64,000 nucleotides of DNA from the NCBI GenBank assembly GCA_964187785.1, contig OZ076412.1:72478001-72542000 (forward strand), written 5' to 3'. Both the position numbers and the translations under genes were made by a program. The notes beneath the pieces were generated by a model, which did no database searches, was not told where the DNA came from, and worked only from the letters and a program-made list of their open reading frames with translations. How positions within the stretch are numbered: the first letter of the stretch is position 1; every line of letters starts with the position of its first letter. Shown piece after piece: positions 49,066-63,294 of the stretch. This DNA comes from Amphiscolops sp. MND2022 (lineage: Eukaryota).

Positions 49066-52000
49066 AAGTTGGCATTTAAACGACATTGACAGCAGTTGAG
49101 AAGAAAACATACAATTTCACGATTTTCACTACTGCGTCTCAGAAGGCAGTTTTTCAACAATCCCAAGATCTTAGGGTTGAATTAACTCTTCCAAGAGTGC
49201 TTTAAACGGACGTGCCATTGGTGAATAGTGTAGTACTAGGGTCGTTTGAGCCCTTACTTGAAACTCTACCTGCAAAAATCGTAAATTTTTGTGCAAAAGC
49301 CCACAAAATAATTTTTTCGTCAAAATGCACGTCTGGGAATGGTGAAAATCTTTTTCAGAGCTACAAGTGACCTGAAAAGTTCACACAGTATACTATGCTG
49401 GTTGAATAGTGGTATGATCACCACTGATTGCGCTGAAATAGAATCCACCTGATTTGCGGTCGCTTGACAATTTTGTACGGAAAACCGACTTTGTTGTGAA
49501 ATTCACACAAGTTTGTCATACTCGCCTTCCAGATTTCCTAGCAGTCTGAATTTTTCTGTGCGAGACTGTTCAGGAAGTTCACAAGACTGTGCAGGGGTGT
49601 GAGTAGAAGAAAACAGCTAAATTCACCGGCAAAACGGTGAAAAGTTTTTTGTTCGGTTTCGGAACTAATAAGTATGAAATACTGATGAGTGCCGCTACTG
49701 CAACAGACCTTTTCCCAGTAAAATATATCTCTTCAATCAGCAAAACACGCGCTGCTGCATTCGATGAACTTCCTTTTACTTCAAGTGGAATACATTGTTC
49801 CGAAAAGTCACTTTTTGTAACGACATCCTATTGTCAACGAAATTTTGACAACACTTCTGAATTCGTTCAAAACTGACCTGGCACCCAAGCATGATTTTGG
49901 CGAAGTACCTGTCAGCAGAAAGTGTTGAAAGACGGTAGAAGAAGCCGCCCCAGCGAAAGAACGCGAGACGATCGCAAGTGAAGACAGCGAAACTAGCAAA
50001 AACTAGCCAAAACAACGGTGCTTGCCCGCAGAAATCCAAGTTTTTGCAGTGTCGAATCCGGAAACATCATGACAGCGTGAGGACTGTACCCGAGCCCGGT
50101 ATCCACGCTGGTGCAATGCCGCCCCGTCATCCACAGCTTTCGCCGGACTGGACTCAGTTATTATAAGTTGTGTACTTTTTGTGTGTGAATAATAATATGC
50201 TCGAGGGCTTATTTCTTGTTTGTTGCATTTACTCAGATTCCCACTGGAGAAACTCAGTTATTTACGACCTTGCTGTTTTTACAAGCTATCTACGCGGTGG
50301 CTGTGAGGAAAAAACAATGCCCGTGATTCTTAGTAATTACAGACTGGTAAGAGGCCAAAGAGCGTCCTTAGAGACGGTTCCCCTCCTCGGGACCGGCTAT
50401 CCTCAGGGGGCAAAGTGAGCTGATATCATGGTGATTTGTCCCGGACCATATCCATGGTACCAGTTCCTCCACTCTATTGTCACGACACAATCGCTTAGCG
50501 CTTGCCATTAAATCTTTTATCCAACTAACAGTGATGGGATTATTTTTAGTTTAAGAAACCTTAAGAACCATAAATCACAAGGCTCCATCCAATTGACTGA
50601 CAGCAGGAATAATTAAATGTAGCTCGGAAACATAGGAGTCCGAGGGGCTCCATCCATCTTTCCAGTTTTTTTTCAAAACAAAAGCGAGAAATAAACATTT
50701 TTAAGCGATGAAAGCGCAATGGTCTTTTTGAAATTTTCTTGCAAAAAACTGCATTCACAAACTTTGACGTAACTCAAAATTTGACTAAAGAAAATTGAAA
50801 TGCTGCCCAAACTTAATTCATTATGATGGTTACCATTTCCAGCGTTTTTACGTGTTTACGTCACGTATCTCAAGTTCGATAGAGTTCTCCGAATCTTCGA
50901 AAACATGCATTTATATAAATTGGGACAAAAATAGACAAAACATCGATTTTTATTCAAAGTAATTTGTTCAATGCCTTGGGTCTTGGGCTTTTGGTGAGCA
51001 GTTTTCTGTGCCTGCATTCGATGTTGAGTCTAATGAGGGTACTACCAGTCCGATTTTAGGAGCACTCGTCAATTCCAACTCATAGAAAACATTTCGCCGA
51101 AAACAACTGGTGGACATACTAGGCGGAAAACTTGTCGAAAAGCAAATGAACGAAAGTTCCCGGGCGGAAAACTCGTCGCAAGAACAGAAAACAATCTCAG
51201 GCAAATATAGTGGTAACTTTGTAATCGTACTGTAATCGTACGTAAATTATCATAAAGTATTACATTGTAAACTATAAAAGTGAAACATTTCAAGGAAAAA
51301 TCTAAGTAAAAAAATTTCACGCATCAAATAAGGGGAATTAATCCATAATTAGCACTGGATAATCCCCGGTGGTAATCTGTAATTAATCGACCCTCAATTA
51401 TTATTCGACGAGTTTTCCTACCTTTAATTTCGACGGGTTGTTTTCGACGAGTTTTCCGCATACCTGTCAGTCCTGTTAAGACGCCAAGCACTAGTCGGGT
51501 TTTGAAGTGAGCACTATCGACCTCCGGAGGACTTCGAGTGTTACGAGGAGGACAAATCGAAGGAAGGTATTTTGACATCTTGGCAGTTCATTCCCCATCA
51601 CCTCTGTTCATTATGCTTCCTCCTATAACGTGTGTAGACAGTTTTTCTGATGTCCCTTCTAGGATTCGAAGTCCTGTCAGCTCTTTAGGTAATGAGACAT
51701 TGAGATTCAGAGGAGGGTTAACTCTCATCGTCATCGGAATGTTTTCGAAATCTCATAGAATTTTTTCTACTAAACGGATTTTCTAGCTAAAGAAAAGCAG
51801 TATAATAACTTCGCCATAACGTTCTTTTTTGCGTAAGTTCGGAGGTTTGATTGTTGTTTTTTAGTAAATTCGTACCCATTGCAGATCAGGGTATCTTTTC
51901 TTTGTTGGAGCGACCGATTTCAAAATTCATTTTGCACACAAATGTTTATCGAAATAGCAAGATTGTTGGTAATTTCGGTATTGTCAATTACGTTTTCGTC

Positions 52001-52145
52001 ACGTTACTTTAATCGCGTAAATGAGAACGACGTGGTGGTCGTTTTAATTACCTTCACTCTTTAGTCAATTATGTAACAAGCTTTCAATGATTGTCTCAGC
52101 TAATAATGCTTAATCAAAGTTACTTTCACACTATGAAATTCAATT

Positions 52146-52235
52146 TAGGAGACTATAACCTAGGCGATTTAGGTCTAGGATATTTTAGCTTAGGAGATTT
52201 AGGTCTAGGAGATTTTAACTAAAGAGATTTTGACC
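52146..52235. repeat. 15-bp tandem repeat (TAGGAGATTTxxxxx) x6
   Basis: Units start at 52146, 52161, 52176, 52191, 52206 and ~52221. Confidence 0.85.
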
Positions 52236-52329
52236 CAAAACCCAATTAAACAATTTGGGACGAATTGTCGCTTTTTACAAGTGGGACTAAGGTGACTCTT
52301 CAAACGGTGACGAAACGCCGCTTGGAACG

Positions 52330-52435
52330 AAATGTCACTTTTTGGAATTTGGACGTGTTGTCACTTTTTGGAATTTGGACCAGTTGTCACTTTTTGGAAG
52401 TTGGGACGAATGGTCGCTTTTTGGAACTTAGGTGC
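52330..52435. repeat. ~26-bp tandem repeat (GTCACTTTTTGGAATTTGGAC) x4
   Basis: Units start at 52334, 52360, 52386 and 52413. Confidence 0.85.
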
Positions 52436-53024
52436 TTTGGTCGGCGCTTTTATGAGAAAATGTGCTAGTTACAGCAGAAATCACATTGACTAGTTTATTT
52501 TACTCCCAGGACTGACCAGAACTCACACTGAAAGGACCATATTTTTCCAGACTTTACGCTCAAGGTCTAAGGTCAAAAGTTACTTCTTTTGAGTTATTCA
52601 AAATTCTACTGTGTCCTCGACCCAAAGACCCATTTAAGATGTTTTTCGGCACTGGGCAACATTCTTGACAAATTTCCTTGTTTCCGCAAAAGGATCCCCT
52701 CCGGCTTTTTCAAGTTTTATCTTCAAGTGGTTAAACTGTTTCAAGTGGCTAAAGGGTCTCCTCTTCAAACTTTTCGGCATTGTGCAACTTTTTTCGAAAC
52801 CCAAATGACATTCTTGTTTCTGCATTTTCAGATCAACTATTCCGAGCACGAAAAGCTCGATTGCCAAATTTATTGGCTTCCGTATCTTCGTGAGATTTTA
52901 ATTGGAAACGATCCGAGGTTTTTTCAAAAGATTGGTGTTTTTGAGCATTTAGTTGGGCACCCACCATAGAAGTTATCGTTTTGTTTTCTGTTGATGTGAC
53001 TCTACTGCTTCACTTGCCTGATTT

Positions 53025-54028
53025 CCCGTACTGAGACTCCATTCAATCCCATCGATGGGCCCATCGAAGCCCATCGATGGGCCATCGATGGTCCATCGAT
53101 GGGCCATCGATGGCCATCGCAACTTTTTCCGATGGGCATCGATGGACCATCGATGGCCATCGATGGGATTTGAATTATCGCCCAGCGCATGGGGGCAGTT
53201 GTGGAGCATTTTTGGGTTAAATATATCTAATTTTAACCTTCTTTCATTTCCTTTTGAGCCTGAGCAAGCTTTCTCGAGCCTGAAAATCACTTATATCGGA
53301 GCCTTGTCCTTGAATTGTTTGAAAAAGTTGAAAAACCTGGCAAAATTGCAATTGTTCGCATAAAAATGCGACGGAATCGAGCTTCCATTGCTGAGAAAAC
53401 CATCTGCTTGTAAGAAGAAAACATATCTGAAATATGCAGAAAATTGACTCTGAAAATACGTTTTTGTATCGAAAAATTTGGACGTTTTATCTGGAAAATC
53501 AGAAAAAACCTGGCAGAATTGCAATTATACGCATGAAAATGCGACGGAATCAAGCTTCCATTGCTGAGAAAACCATCTGCTTGTAAGAAGAAAACATCTG
53601 AAATATGCAGAAAATTGACTCTGAAAATACGTTTTTGTATCAAAAAATTTGGGGTTTTTCTCTTGGAAAATCAACAGAATCCGGTTTTTCACAAAGGTAA
53701 ATAATATGGATAACTATGTATAACTTCATTTCTGAATAAAATGTTTGGGCACCCTCGAAATCCCAAACAAAGTTTAAATAGACTGAATGAAAAACTTAAA
53801 TGGCCAGAGTTTTGTTGAAATTTTGAACACGGCCAAGTCGAACGAATTTTTGTGATCGAAAATTTCGATTTCCATCGATGGGTCATCGATGGTCCATCGA
53901 TGACCCATCGATGGGATCAACGTTAGAAAAACCTCATCGATGCCCATCGATGGACCATTGATGGCCATCGATGGGCCCCATGGGACTGCGATGGCCATCG
54001 ATGAACTGCGATGGGATCTCAGTACGGG
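53025..54028. mobile_element. Non-autonomous TIR element, CMC/EnSpm-like (1004 bp)
   Basis: Perfect 12-bp TIR CCCGTACTGAGA / TCTCAGTACGGG; TTT on both flanks; arrays of the CCATCGATGG palindrome at both ends; internal ~173-bp tandem duplication (53331 and 53504). Confidence 0.75.
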
Positions 54029-54267
54029 TTTGCTATTCTTGTTCGATCGTGAAGAGCTGATGATATGTTGTGTATCCCGAAGACCGAAAGACCCAACAAG
54101 CATATCGCCAAATCGTCCCAAATATTGCGAAAAAGCAGAAGTGGCAATGTTTGCTTGCTGGCAAAAGAACACTTATTCAGACAGATGAAGGGGTAGATTC
54201 ATTGCTGCAAAATGATGTGAAACGTCATTGTGGCTGGTTTAAATCGAACAAAAAGACAGTTACTACT

Positions 54268-54703
54268 AACAAGCCGGGATCGGTATAAGTCGGCGCCATA
54301 TCTAATGCTCAAAAATAGCAAAGAACTTCAATGTGTCGAGTATTTTTTACAGTACAAAAGTTGGGCCAAATTGGCACGCCTCTCGGATTTTTTTTAACTT
54401 CCATTGTTGTCAAATATCAAAAAAATGAAGGGGACCCTTTGGGTTTGAAAAAATTTTCGAAACAAAATTCTCACAATGCCGGAAAAACTGAAAGGGGGAT
54501 CCTTTAGTCTCTCTCGGTATTTTGTGTTACGCGGAAAAAGAGGAAAAACCTTTTTGGTTCAGTTCGCTAGGCCAAATGATTCAATTTAGGACCATAAAAT
54601 TTTGTAGAACTTTTAGGAACTATTTTGGTCAGTTCGTGTGGATTGAAAAAAAAACGAGTCACTATAATAGCCACATTGCACTTCATGAAGCGCCGACTAA
54701 AAA
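54268..54703 (-). mobile_element. Helentron/DINE-1-like element, copy 4
   Basis: AACAAGCCGGGATCGGTATAAGTCGGCGCC at the left end; AGCGCCGACTAAAAA at 54689-54703. Confidence 0.6.
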
Positions 54704-55698
54704 GTGTGAAGCAATTTTTTCTCGGATGTGGAATGCGTAGAAATCTTGAGTTTTCCGAAAAAAAACTTTTTATCAAAGAGCTTGCATGTATTTTTGTAAT
54801 AAATTAACGTAAAACTTCCCTTTCGGGAAAATAATGAGTATGTTGTTATAAAATTCAAGTTTTATTGTTTCAATTCACAGAGTGTCACATTTCTATCAAC
54901 CAAAGTGTCTGACATTGTTCCACAACTCTTTTGAGAAATCAAACATTACATGTGGTCCCTCATATATGGTGATACGGCAAAAAGAAACTTACAGAAAAAT
55001 GAAAGTGCAAAGACCAAATATACGACACATTTTTTTCCGAAGCAAATTAGACTCCCTGGCACCTTGAGACATCAGTTTTCAACTATATCAAATATAGTAA
55101 AATTGTTGTCAAGCTATGTCACTATTCTATTCCTTATTTAAAATCTAAATTGGTTATAGGAGTGGAGTCTAACAATAGATTTAGAAGAATCAACCGGAAA
55201 ACGGTTGATCGAAACTTAGCTAACAAGGAACTTTTCAGCATTTTTTGAGGTGCTCAATTGTGCTCAAAATGAAAAAAATCACAAGTGAGGGCGCAAAAGC
55301 GAAGAGCACTGCGGCTCATTTTGCGTCCTTGCAGTATTAATTTCATACAGATATTAATTACTTTCATGATATTTTTAATATTATCAAATGAAATCAGCTG
55401 TTGTTTTAATTTCATTCAGATTCAAATGTACACCAAATCCAAATTGTACGCTCATTATGAGAAGAAGCTTGAGAAGAAACAGACTGAGCGTCATGTTTCA
55501 CTGGCAAAACATCCCATCCCTGTTATTTGCGACCCGCTAAAATAGAAGAACTCCAATGGGCTCAATTGTGCGCAAGGTTTTTATTGATCGCCTGATGAAC
55601 CCAAGATTCGAGGTCACACAGCAAGTTTTTTAGGGGGTTTAGGTTTTTTAGATTTTTGGGTCGTCGGTATCGTCTTGACCACGAACAGGCTTAAGGTG

Positions 55699-56674
55699 CG
55701 GGTCGACCCTCCATGGGTATCTTAGTAAGATCTTGGCAAGATCTTGCCAAGATCTTGGAAAAATCTTAGCTAAAATTGCAAGATGTCATGGTAAGATCTT
55801 ATCAAGAGAGCCATGTTTCCAAGAAAACTTTTATTGTAAAATCCTATTTGGAAAGAAAAAATCTGAAAGGAAGTCAACAAAAATCAACTTTCCTGCAGAT
55901 TTATATTGTTAGACATTAAAACTTCTGTTAGCAATGTATAAAATTTGGTTGAAGAGATATTTATTTATGAAGGCTGGTTAAATTGTTCTTTCAATTGCAA
56001 AACTGTCGCCAACAACGGCGTCAGAAAAACCTTGAGCTGAATCATTACCCAAATTAGCGCAATGACCGCCGTTTCTAGCAGTAATACAGTTGCTGAAACA
56101 GGCTCAAAGAAAGCTGCAAAAATGCTTTTAACAAAAATTTCCGGATTTTAAGGTCTTTCCTTTGTAACTTTCCGATAGTGGGTCTGGACGTTTGAGAGCA
56201 TATTTCTCCGTCTCTGGAATCGACAGGAGTGATAAATTACAAGTTTTGGAAAGCCCTTGAAATGAGCTTTCATTTGGAACATTCGCATTTCCCAGCCTTA
56301 AACAGGTGAGCAGTTATTAGGATTCTCGTCAAAATTTCGGAAGCCAGAATACGTTATCGTAATTTTTCACGCATTTGTGCATGCAAAATTTTTTCAGCAG
56401 TTTTAAGCATTTTGATAATGAAAACGAGTAGAAATAGTCGTTGTTGGGTGAAATGAGCCTTTAGATTGAGTCTCGGCTGCTTGTACCGAAGGTATAGTGT
56501 TTTTTTATAATCTTAAAATTTTGTCCATCGTGATAAGATACAATCTTGGAATAAGAATTATCTTAGTAAGATCTTAATAAGAATCTTGCCATGGGATCCA
56601 TGGCTGCCAAGATGTAGTAAGATTTGGCAAGATCTTGCCAAGACAGCCAAGATGCTAATAAGAGGGTCAACCCG
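55699..56674. mobile_element. MITE-like element with AAGATCTT subterminal repeats
   Basis: TIR CGGGTCGACCCTC (55699-55711) versus GAGGGTCAACCCG (56662-56674), one mismatch; clusters of AAGATCTT(G)GC at both ends. No clear TSD. Confidence 0.6.
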
Positions 56675-57307
56675 GGTTTCTATAATTCCCGATTCGACAA
56701 AGTGGACGTGTCTACCATTTCGGTTGGGCTACGTGCAGAAATTGAGCAGGCGCCTTTCATTTGTAGGCAAGAAAAATCCATTTGCTTTTATTGCAGGATT
56801 GATATTGCTTCGATTTTTTTCCTGTATTGTAATCCAAAAGCCCGTTTTGACTCCTTGAAAAACTCTGAATTTAGGTTAAATACAACCGTTTCGGATAAAA
56901 CATTGAAACATCGCTTGTTTGCTTCCAAAAATGCCCGATTGTTCCTCTGAGAGAAGCTCGGTGTGATAATCTCCAAACCCGAACTAGAAAAAAACTGGAA
57001 GCATCCGGCAACAGCACATAGAATGAAACACAGTTTCCAGAAGATTAATTTCAAGATATCACTGGTGGAGCAAAACCGAAATCAATGTACCAAAAACCCA
57101 AAAAATAAGAAAGTTAGTGAAAAAACCCAAAGATATCTGCTCAAGCCAAAGGAAAAACATCTCTGATAACAACACTGACGTCAAGTCCGCCAGAATAAAC
57201 AGCGCGAATGTCCAACCAGCTGATGTAAGGACATGTAAATACACAGTTGCATGAAAGTTAGCACGCACCTCACTAGCATACGACGATCATTTCGTTTACG
57301 CCCAGAC

Positions 57308-60099
57308 CAGGGCTTTAAAAAATATTGTATCGGAACATATTGACAATGAATAAATGAATATATATTTTTTTGGTTTGATAAAACACAAAATGACTATTTT
57401 TTGTTCCAATGTATTTGTTTTTAGGCCATAATGTTTGTTATACAACTTGAAGTTGGCAAGTATCAACACAAATGATGTAGTTACACGAAAACGTTATTTA
57501 GGAAGTGTTACCTTCACAATTTGGTATTGTTGATGGGTGGATAGTTCTATTTGGTGACTATCAAAGTAGAGCTCTGCCTCTTTGTATTGAAAAGTTGCTT
57601 TCTTGTTGGTATAAAAAATCAATGGAATGTAAAACAGTCGAAGTGTACAAATGTTTCACCGATGGACCACCGATAATTTCACCGGTGGTCATGCAGAGTT
57701 CCATCTGTAATTCCGGCGAAAAACAGTATCAAGCCCTGGTTGGTATCCAATCACTCTCCGAATTTAGGTGTTTTTCCATCAGAATACAGTGATTTTAGGT
57801 CCTCCCAACAGAATAGTGGTTATTAGTAGGTGAGAGAAAATCCTATTCGAGGGCTTGGAGATAGTTTTACCTTCAATTGGAAGCTTAGCAGAAAAATGTT
57901 GTTCTGGTGAGTTAGCCGATTCTTCTGTAGTTAATGTCAATTTCTTTTTACAGTTGTTGGTATCAGCTCATGACTATCAAACCACGAGAAAGCAGATTAC
58001 AATAATTCAGTTTAGTATGAACATGAAAGGTGAAAAATCCATTCGAATACGTTCAATAAATGCAATCTCCAGTTCCAAGTAATGGACCCGACCACAATCG
58101 AATCCGCGATTCAGCCAGCACGTTAAGCGCATCTCGATTTTGTTAAAGCTCCAATTTCAACCAATTCATAAGTCCCGGATTTGTCCGTAAATCTACTCCG
58201 AGCTAGAAATAACGCAATCTACTAGAAACTACCTTGTCTCAGCGAAAATCAACTTGCTTCTCACTCTCAAGCTCTGTTGTGTCTATTCAAATCTCTTTCG
58301 ATTCCGCAGGGAAAAATGTATTTTTGTTGGGCGTCGGTCTCTTAAACTGGCATTCATTAACCTTCATGTTCTTTTCTTTTCATAAACCTTATTCCTTTAT
58401 AGCTTGGAAAACGCTACTGGTTATACTTCAACTAAACATTTTTTGCCTCCAATGACAAACTTGTTCGAAGTTCACATTCCACGATAATTCAAGTCTCCCA
58501 AGATACTTCGAATGTCGAAAGAAACGCCCATGACCTTCAATTAGATGATTTACATGCTCGCTACCTGTAAGGGTACATTCCCGTCATTCAGAGAGCGATT
58601 CACCGAGAATACTCTTGGCTAACTGAAGCACAAATTGTGACGCAAACGACGCTGATGTACGTGTTTCAACGTACGTTTTTCATTACTTCATGGGTCACAT
58701 CCAGAGATGATCGTATGGATCGCCCGTGACCTTGAAGATATTTTATAGTCATCCAATGTTGCTACATGCTAAGTTATATAATTTGAGGGTCAATGGTTTC
58801 CTGATTGTATGATAAGCGTATCGTTTGTTTACTTAAGGTGGTTTGTAGTAACAATTTCATTCACGCTAGTGTTCGACTACTTTCGTTATTGCGGTTTGTT
58901 TGAGGTATTCCAAGTCAGGGTCAAATGTTTCTTCTCTGTCAGGTCCGCGCGTCCGGTCCCGCAAACCTTAAATAAACATTTCTTCACCCGCATTGGACTG
59001 ATTAATCATGTATTTTACTTCGGGTTGGTAGGTGAACACCTTGGGCAAGTTTCATAATCTTCGGGTCAACAGGTGGCGATTTGTATAACATTCGGGTTTT
59101 GTTTACATAAGGCCAATTCCCCCCTTCGCGTGCAGGAGGATTCTCAAAAATGTACGCAAACGTTTAAAAGTTCTATCGGCTATCAATTCCGTATATAATA
59201 TTACTTATTTCGAGCTCCGCGGACGTCACTTTCGGTGCACAAACGAGTAGCTTAACAGCTCAGGTCTTCGTTTGTCAAATTGCAGATCTCTACGAATGAT
59301 AGTTTTTGAGAACAACCGTTTGGAGGGGTTTCCCTGATTGTCGACGCTTGGTGTTCTCATGGTGGATCTGAGAATATTTTTCCGAAAAGTGAAACCGTAA
59401 AATTCGGTCTACGAGTTCAACTCTAACTTAGCGGATTCGAACAATTTCATCATTGACGTCAATTATATTTTATATTTGAGGGGTGAAAAGTATCGTCTAA
59501 GGAATAAACACCCATTTTGCCAAATCAGCCTTAACAAAACACGTTGTAGTTAGCCTTTTCAGCTCTCTTACTAATCCGGCGATCTAGAAACGTGACAAAC
59601 ATAGTTCTGTCTATCGTCTGGGCTTCACGCAAAATCAATGTGATTGTTATGAAAACCCCAAAATCTAAACATTCCAGAGTAGGCGAAATGAGATCTTCCA
59701 AATCTGGGTCATTTTCATCTAGAAATCATGACAATCTAACCCAAAATTCATGAAATCCAACCTATTAAGCGGGTTTCAGTAAACGCTGTGCCTAATGCTA
59801 CCCCAATTAAGGCAACCATCTGAAATAACTATTAATTAATTATTCGAAACGGGAGCAAACATGCATTTTGAATGCATGTAACCGAAAATGATGACAAGCA
59901 AAATTCACGTTGTCAAACATGTCCGAGTCACGTGATTTCATTTCAAGTAGACTTTTAGAATTTTTCGAAATTTTCTCGACCGGTGGCGTACGATGGAGTA
60001 CCAGTACGGGCGATCATTACATATGTATTGCTGGACAGGAGCAAAGTAGCTCCTTATTTTTCTCGAGAAAAATCTTTAAATGCATTTTTCACATCCCTG
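57308..60099 (-). mobile_element. Old degenerate hAT-like element
   Basis: Ends CAGGGCTTTAAAAAAT and ATTTTTCACATCCCTG match at 13 of 16 positions; flanks GCCCAGAC/TCTCAGGC match at 5 of 8; weak minus-strand TRW-like and ERxFS-like remnants; a second copy of the left end starts at 60460. Confidence 0.45.
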
Positions 60100-63000
60100 T
60101 CTCAGGCCTCCGTTCAGACTTAACGCATATTTCAATCTGAAGAAAGATTTCCCGGGTTTTCTGTCTTCATGAAGGAAGATTCTGTCTTCAACAACTTCCT
60201 GGAAGCATGCTTGCTGCTCGCAAACCCCGCCAAATTCTACAAGAAATAATAAAATTAGGTGATTTTTAGCATGAATGATTCTCCCAAAATCATGCTAAAA
60301 ATGGTTGGCAGTCTATGAATTCATGTAAAACTTTCGGGATCTTGTTTGTCAATGCAACTTCTGGAAAACTGGTCACGACGTTACCTGATTTACTTAGTTG
60401 TTCGTTCTTTGATTTTGTAAAAGGTCTCTGTCTAAAATGAACATGAGCAAACTCGTGACCAGGGATGTAAAAAACATATTGTATTTGAATATACTGACAA
60501 TAAATAAATATAATTTTGTACTTCAAAATATGTTAATTTTTGTTCCAATGTGTTTGTGTTTTAGACCAATATATTTTGATATTTATTTTAATGTCTGCAA
60601 GTATGAAAACAAAAGTATTATTTTGATTTTTACGCGAAATACACGAAACTCAATTCAATTTCTTGGCCAACTAGTTACAGCTGTCATAAAGGATTTGGAT
60701 TTAGTTACTGGTTGTGTAGAAAAATCGATTCAGTAAGTTTGGAAAAAAATAATGATGGTTATAAATACAGTCCTAGAGGTGTACAAACGAAATCTTTGTT
60801 CGAACAATATATTTTTCTCCTCACACAATTTTGGACAATTCATTTAATATATTTATTGCTAGCCAGCAACAAATAAATAAATTTACTTTTTAAAAAATAA
60901 CATTTAAATACAATATTGTACATATAAAACTCGTAACTATAACAAAACTTAAAATATGGGGAGTCAATACATTTTCTGACAGTAGGCTGGGGGGGGGGGG
61001 GTTTGGGGGCATTAGCAAACAAGATCTGAGTTTCGATCTGTTTCAGCAAAGGAAGATATACAAATTAAGGGAAGTTTCGATGAATCATAAAAGCTTCGTA
61101 ACATTGATTTTCGAACTTCGGAGCTTATTCGACGACAGTCTCGGAGCTTCCAATAACCGAAAGGACTTAGTTTTCCAACTAAATCTTGTTGTCCTGCGAG
61201 AAAATAATAAAAACAAGGTATTTTTCCCACGAGCTAGTGTGACTACTTTTGAGTTTGTCGGCTGCATTTTAGTACCGCATTTTACCTCATTCATCCTTTG
61301 TTTGAAGTGGCATAATGCATTATACTAATGCAATTGAAGTGCCGGTACCGGTTGACTTTTCAGTTCCAGGGCGAGAAGGAGGCTTAGTCATGAAATAGTA
61401 ACTGAGTAACAACTGATAGCGCATTACTATCTTAGATGATACATCGATTAATCAGACAAAACAAATTTTCATAACGTCCAATTTGTTGTTCTGTTTTTGC
61501 ACTCGAGTGCAAAAGATGTGTGTCATCTGTGTAGGGGCCTGGTTATTACTGTAATAAAAATTACAGGTTAATTGGGATTGAACTTGTTTGGAGGTAAAAG
61601 AATCAGGTTTAGCAAATATATGTTACGCAGTTACCGTACTTTAAAATGAGTATTCATTAGTCATTTCTTGTGAATTCTGGATTATCAAAGTCGGGGTCGG
61701 TTTGTAGTACAATACATGTACATTAGTAATTCTGAATGAAGACTAATTCAAACAGCCAATCAGAATTGTTTGCTTACATTCGGATTTATTACTATGTCAC
61801 AACGACTAGACCGATAGCCTGAACTCTTTTCGGGAGGCCACGAGACAGCTTCATGATAACAGTCGGTTTTGGAAAGAAACATGAACGTCACAAAGAAAGC
61901 TTTTAATTGGCCACGAAAATTTTAGAACAAGACGTCTGCCTTGCGTCATCCGTTCTAAAAGAATGACAGTCGCTTCAAGGTGATCAAATCTCCGAAACAA
62001 TTTTTTTGTACTTTGCGGTTTTTAAAAATAAAAATTATTTATTCTTTAAAATAACGTGGGAAGTATAGAGGACGCGTAAAATTCACACCATCTAAAAATT
62101 CCTTACTCTTTACGGAGAAACATGCATTCGTTGGTGGTATTATTGTTGGTGACTGTTTAACAGCAGCTGAAGAGACGAAGCATACCAATTTGAACCACGC
62201 GTGTTACTAATATTGCTGGTTGCAAACAATAGTTGGTGCGTTCTAGAATGAGTCACCGCATTGCCACTATTCCTAACGCTGCATGCACGGTGTTGCAGCT
62301 ATAGTACGTGCCACCACCGTACCATTCGGTACTTACTTTGTTTGCTTGTTTGAAATTTCCACAATCAGAAATATTTTCCCTCTCCTCTCGTTTCCAACGT
62401 TCTTACCATCGGTGGTGAACTTGGTATTATTGATAAGCCTTACGGGCTGAGGTTCAACGCTTTCGTTCCCGTGGCACTCCTTAGATCCCGATAACTACCT
62501 CGAGATTATTACATATTACATATTAAATAAAGAAAATGATTGTTTGCGATATGATTAATCATGACTGCTTTAACTAGTTAACTTCCAACAATCACATCCT
62601 TATCTAATCGAACAAAGCTACAGTGATACTGAATCAACACAGGAATAAACAACAGTGATCGTGATAAATAGGAACTAGCCCTAATTTTCCCAGATTCGTC
62701 ATACTGGATGAATCAATACTTATTGATACCCAACATCGAATTATCTACTGTTTGTTACCCACTAGCTATCACTCATATATTTGAACCCCTGCACCATGAG
62801 TACAACATGTAGGTATATATAGAAGCACATATTTGAAACTTAGTTGAATGACATCATTCTGTGACAACTTTGAATCACTCTCTGCTGAATCGTAGTTTAC
62901 CACCCTGATCAGACAGACGCATTTTAATAGATATCATCATGTTTCTACCTCTCTCTTCGCCACCCAACACATCTAGCCACACCAACCAACACCCGGAATC

Positions 63001-63294
63001 ATTCTTTCATTGTAAGTCCTATGGTGTTTTTCAACAATCTTGACTCTTACTTTCACTCGAACTTTCTTGAAAGAACTTTTCTTCCGGAATATTCTAGAAC
63101 ATTCTTTTTTTTTCAAGAAAAAATATATAAATTGCCTTTTTTCATTTTGTCAGTTCATTTTTACCCGACGATGCATGTAAGTGCAGAAACGTTTGTAATT
63201 TAATTGTTTTCATGGTTGGAAAATGTATGTTTTTTTTAAAAAAAAATAAACTAATTTATCGAAAAAACTGTTGATGTTGGAAATGTTTTTTATT

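Noticed and set aside
52146-52235. Interstitial telomeric repeat
   Set aside because: The period is 15 bp, not a TTAGG or TTAGGG array.
52973-54188. ORFs with repetitive IDGPSM/HRW peptides
   Set aside because: Translations of the CCATCGATGG arrays and the 173-bp duplication.
60987-61010. G-quadruplex or regulatory G-run
   Set aside because: A simple homopolymer with too few separate G-tracts; its length is prone to sequencing error.
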